In this document: positions 62,494-64,000 of the stretch, piece after piece
Numbering within the stretch: position 1 is the first letter of the stretch
How the letters are laid out: each line of letters begins with the position of its first letter
NCBI GenBank assembly: GCA_030265395.1
Contig: JARFYF010000036.1
Location: 26,099,819-26,163,818, forward strand
DNA: 64,000 nucleotides
Source: Rhina ancylostomus
Taxonomy: Eukaryota
Direction of reading: 5' to 3'
The notes under the pieces: generated by a model
What the model was told of the DNA's origin: nothing
The model's database searches: none
The model's input: only the letters and a program-made list of their open reading frames with translations
Translations under genes and position numbers: made by a program

Positions 62494-63309
62494 GTATGTA
62501 TTTTGCCTAGTGATCTTAAATGGAATGCGACCAGGAATAGAAATTTAAGTTGCTGTTGTTTCCAAAGAAATTCTTGTTTGCCTTCAGGTTTAGATTTTCA
62601 AGTTGCATATTTCGTCCTTGAGAATGTGGCTGTGTATATTAAAATTTTCCATACAGTACACTGCATCTGTAGAGCAGAAAAGACATCTAAGATTCTTTTA
62701 CAGTTTGCTTACCTTTCTTAACAATCAACTTAATCCAATACCTTGTTGCCTCCTACATATATTTTACAAATCACTTCAACGTTCATATTCTTTTAACATC
62801 TTTACCTTTTGAGTATAAAAATCTATATGAAAAAAATTATAACAAACACCTGATTATATTAACAGTTCTTAAAGCCAAAAAGATCAAAATAAGTAATAAA
62901 TTCTCCACCTATTTTCTAGTAATGCAGATACCTTGCACTTTGTCTCTTTCTTGGATTATTACCTAGAACTTGGTTGTGATACTATTGTAGACTATGCCTC
63001 ATTGCTTTCACAAGATTTGCCTGTCTTTCTGTGCTCTGGAAATATCCAGTATATTTCTAGAATTCTAAATTGGTCTATTATAATATGCAAAACTTCAATG
63101 GGAAGTTTTATTTAAATTCTGTAATTTGATTTTGTATTCTTCCAATGATATTGGGAATGATGAACCCAACTTATTTTTTCCCCTGAGAACAATGAGAATT
63201 GATCCCAACAATTAAAAGAATTGATCCTGCGACAAATTAAATCATTGTGCATACATTTTAAGGATTATTCACTGAGTAAACTAAGTTGTAAGAAAAAGAA
63301 TCTTTTCAA

Positions 63310-64000
63310 AATCAGTAACACAACTCTTGTAACAGACCACTGAGTGCTCTTCAAGTTCACTAATTGGAGATGTTTGCTGATGACTGTAGTTTCAGTTTTA
63401 TTCATAACTGTTCAGGTAATGAAATAGGTTGTACCTTCATGCAGCAAGACCTAGTCAACATGCAAGCATGAGCTAATATGTGGCAGCAACATTTTTGTCA
63501 CACTAGTCCCAGGCAAGGTCATCTCCAAAAGTAGTTTAACTACCTCTGTTTGGCATTCAGTGGAACTACCATTACCAAATCCTCCATTGCCAATATTCTG
63601 GATCATCACTGGCCAGAAAATTAACTGGATTATCCAGTTAAGTATTATGGCAAAAACATTAGTAAGATGTTTGCTATTCTGCAAATGCCTCGCCATCTTT
63701 TCTACCCCCCAGCATTTCTACAAGGAATTTATCAGGATATAGGACTATCTACTTGCCTGAATGTGACCAGTTCCAAAAACACTTGAAGCTTGATGCAACC
63801 CAGGACAAACCAACCATTTGATTGCCATCTGCTCCACCACTCTGAACATTCACCCTTTCACCACAGATGGACCACAGCTATAGTGTACCATCTACAAGAT
63901 GCACTGCAACACCTTGTCAGGTTTTTTTCAACAATACCAATCAAACTGGTGATGTTTCCACTGAAGGGCCCGAACAGGCTCTACCTGCAAGTTCTCCACC
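63310..64000 (+). mobile_element. Degraded LINE reverse transcriptase (CR1/Daphne-like)
   Basis: gagatgtttgctgatgac (EMFADD), QQDLVNMQA.ANMW and NILWIIT.QKINW, which are RT C-terminal motifs. Confidence 0.65.

Overview
Vertebrate genomic DNA: AT-rich, repeat-rich, with many N gaps. The CR1/HE1-type SINE/Rex1/Penelope repeat landscape points to a cartilaginous fish, probably a ray (inference). Two spliced + strand genes lie in tandem. (1) The last four coding exons of a Src-family kinase, called HCK from its C-terminus TESQYQQQP and the conserved HCK-TM9SF4 gene order (3645-18336, polyA signal at 18988). (2) The CpG-island promoter and coding exons 1-9 of TM9SF4 (36262-62493; 954 nt, 318 codons in one open spliced frame; the gene continues past the window). 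The rest is mostly decayed transposons: CR1, L2, L1/Tx1, Rex1/Babar, RTE, Penelope, Harbinger, Tigger-like MITEs and tRNA-derived SINEs. There is no sign of a prokaryotic-type system or a novel intact ORF. Most notable non-genic observations: at least six degenerate minimal hammerhead-ribozyme motifs in Penelope-derived repeats, several within palindromic mini-elements; a CR1 copy with twin-priming inversion geometry; a divergent pair of CTCF-like sites around the TM9SF4 promoter; a Harbinger transposase fossil in an HCK intron; and PU.1/IRF motifs. Exon boundaries were read base by base; repeat boundaries are approximate and family names come from remembered motifs, not database searches.
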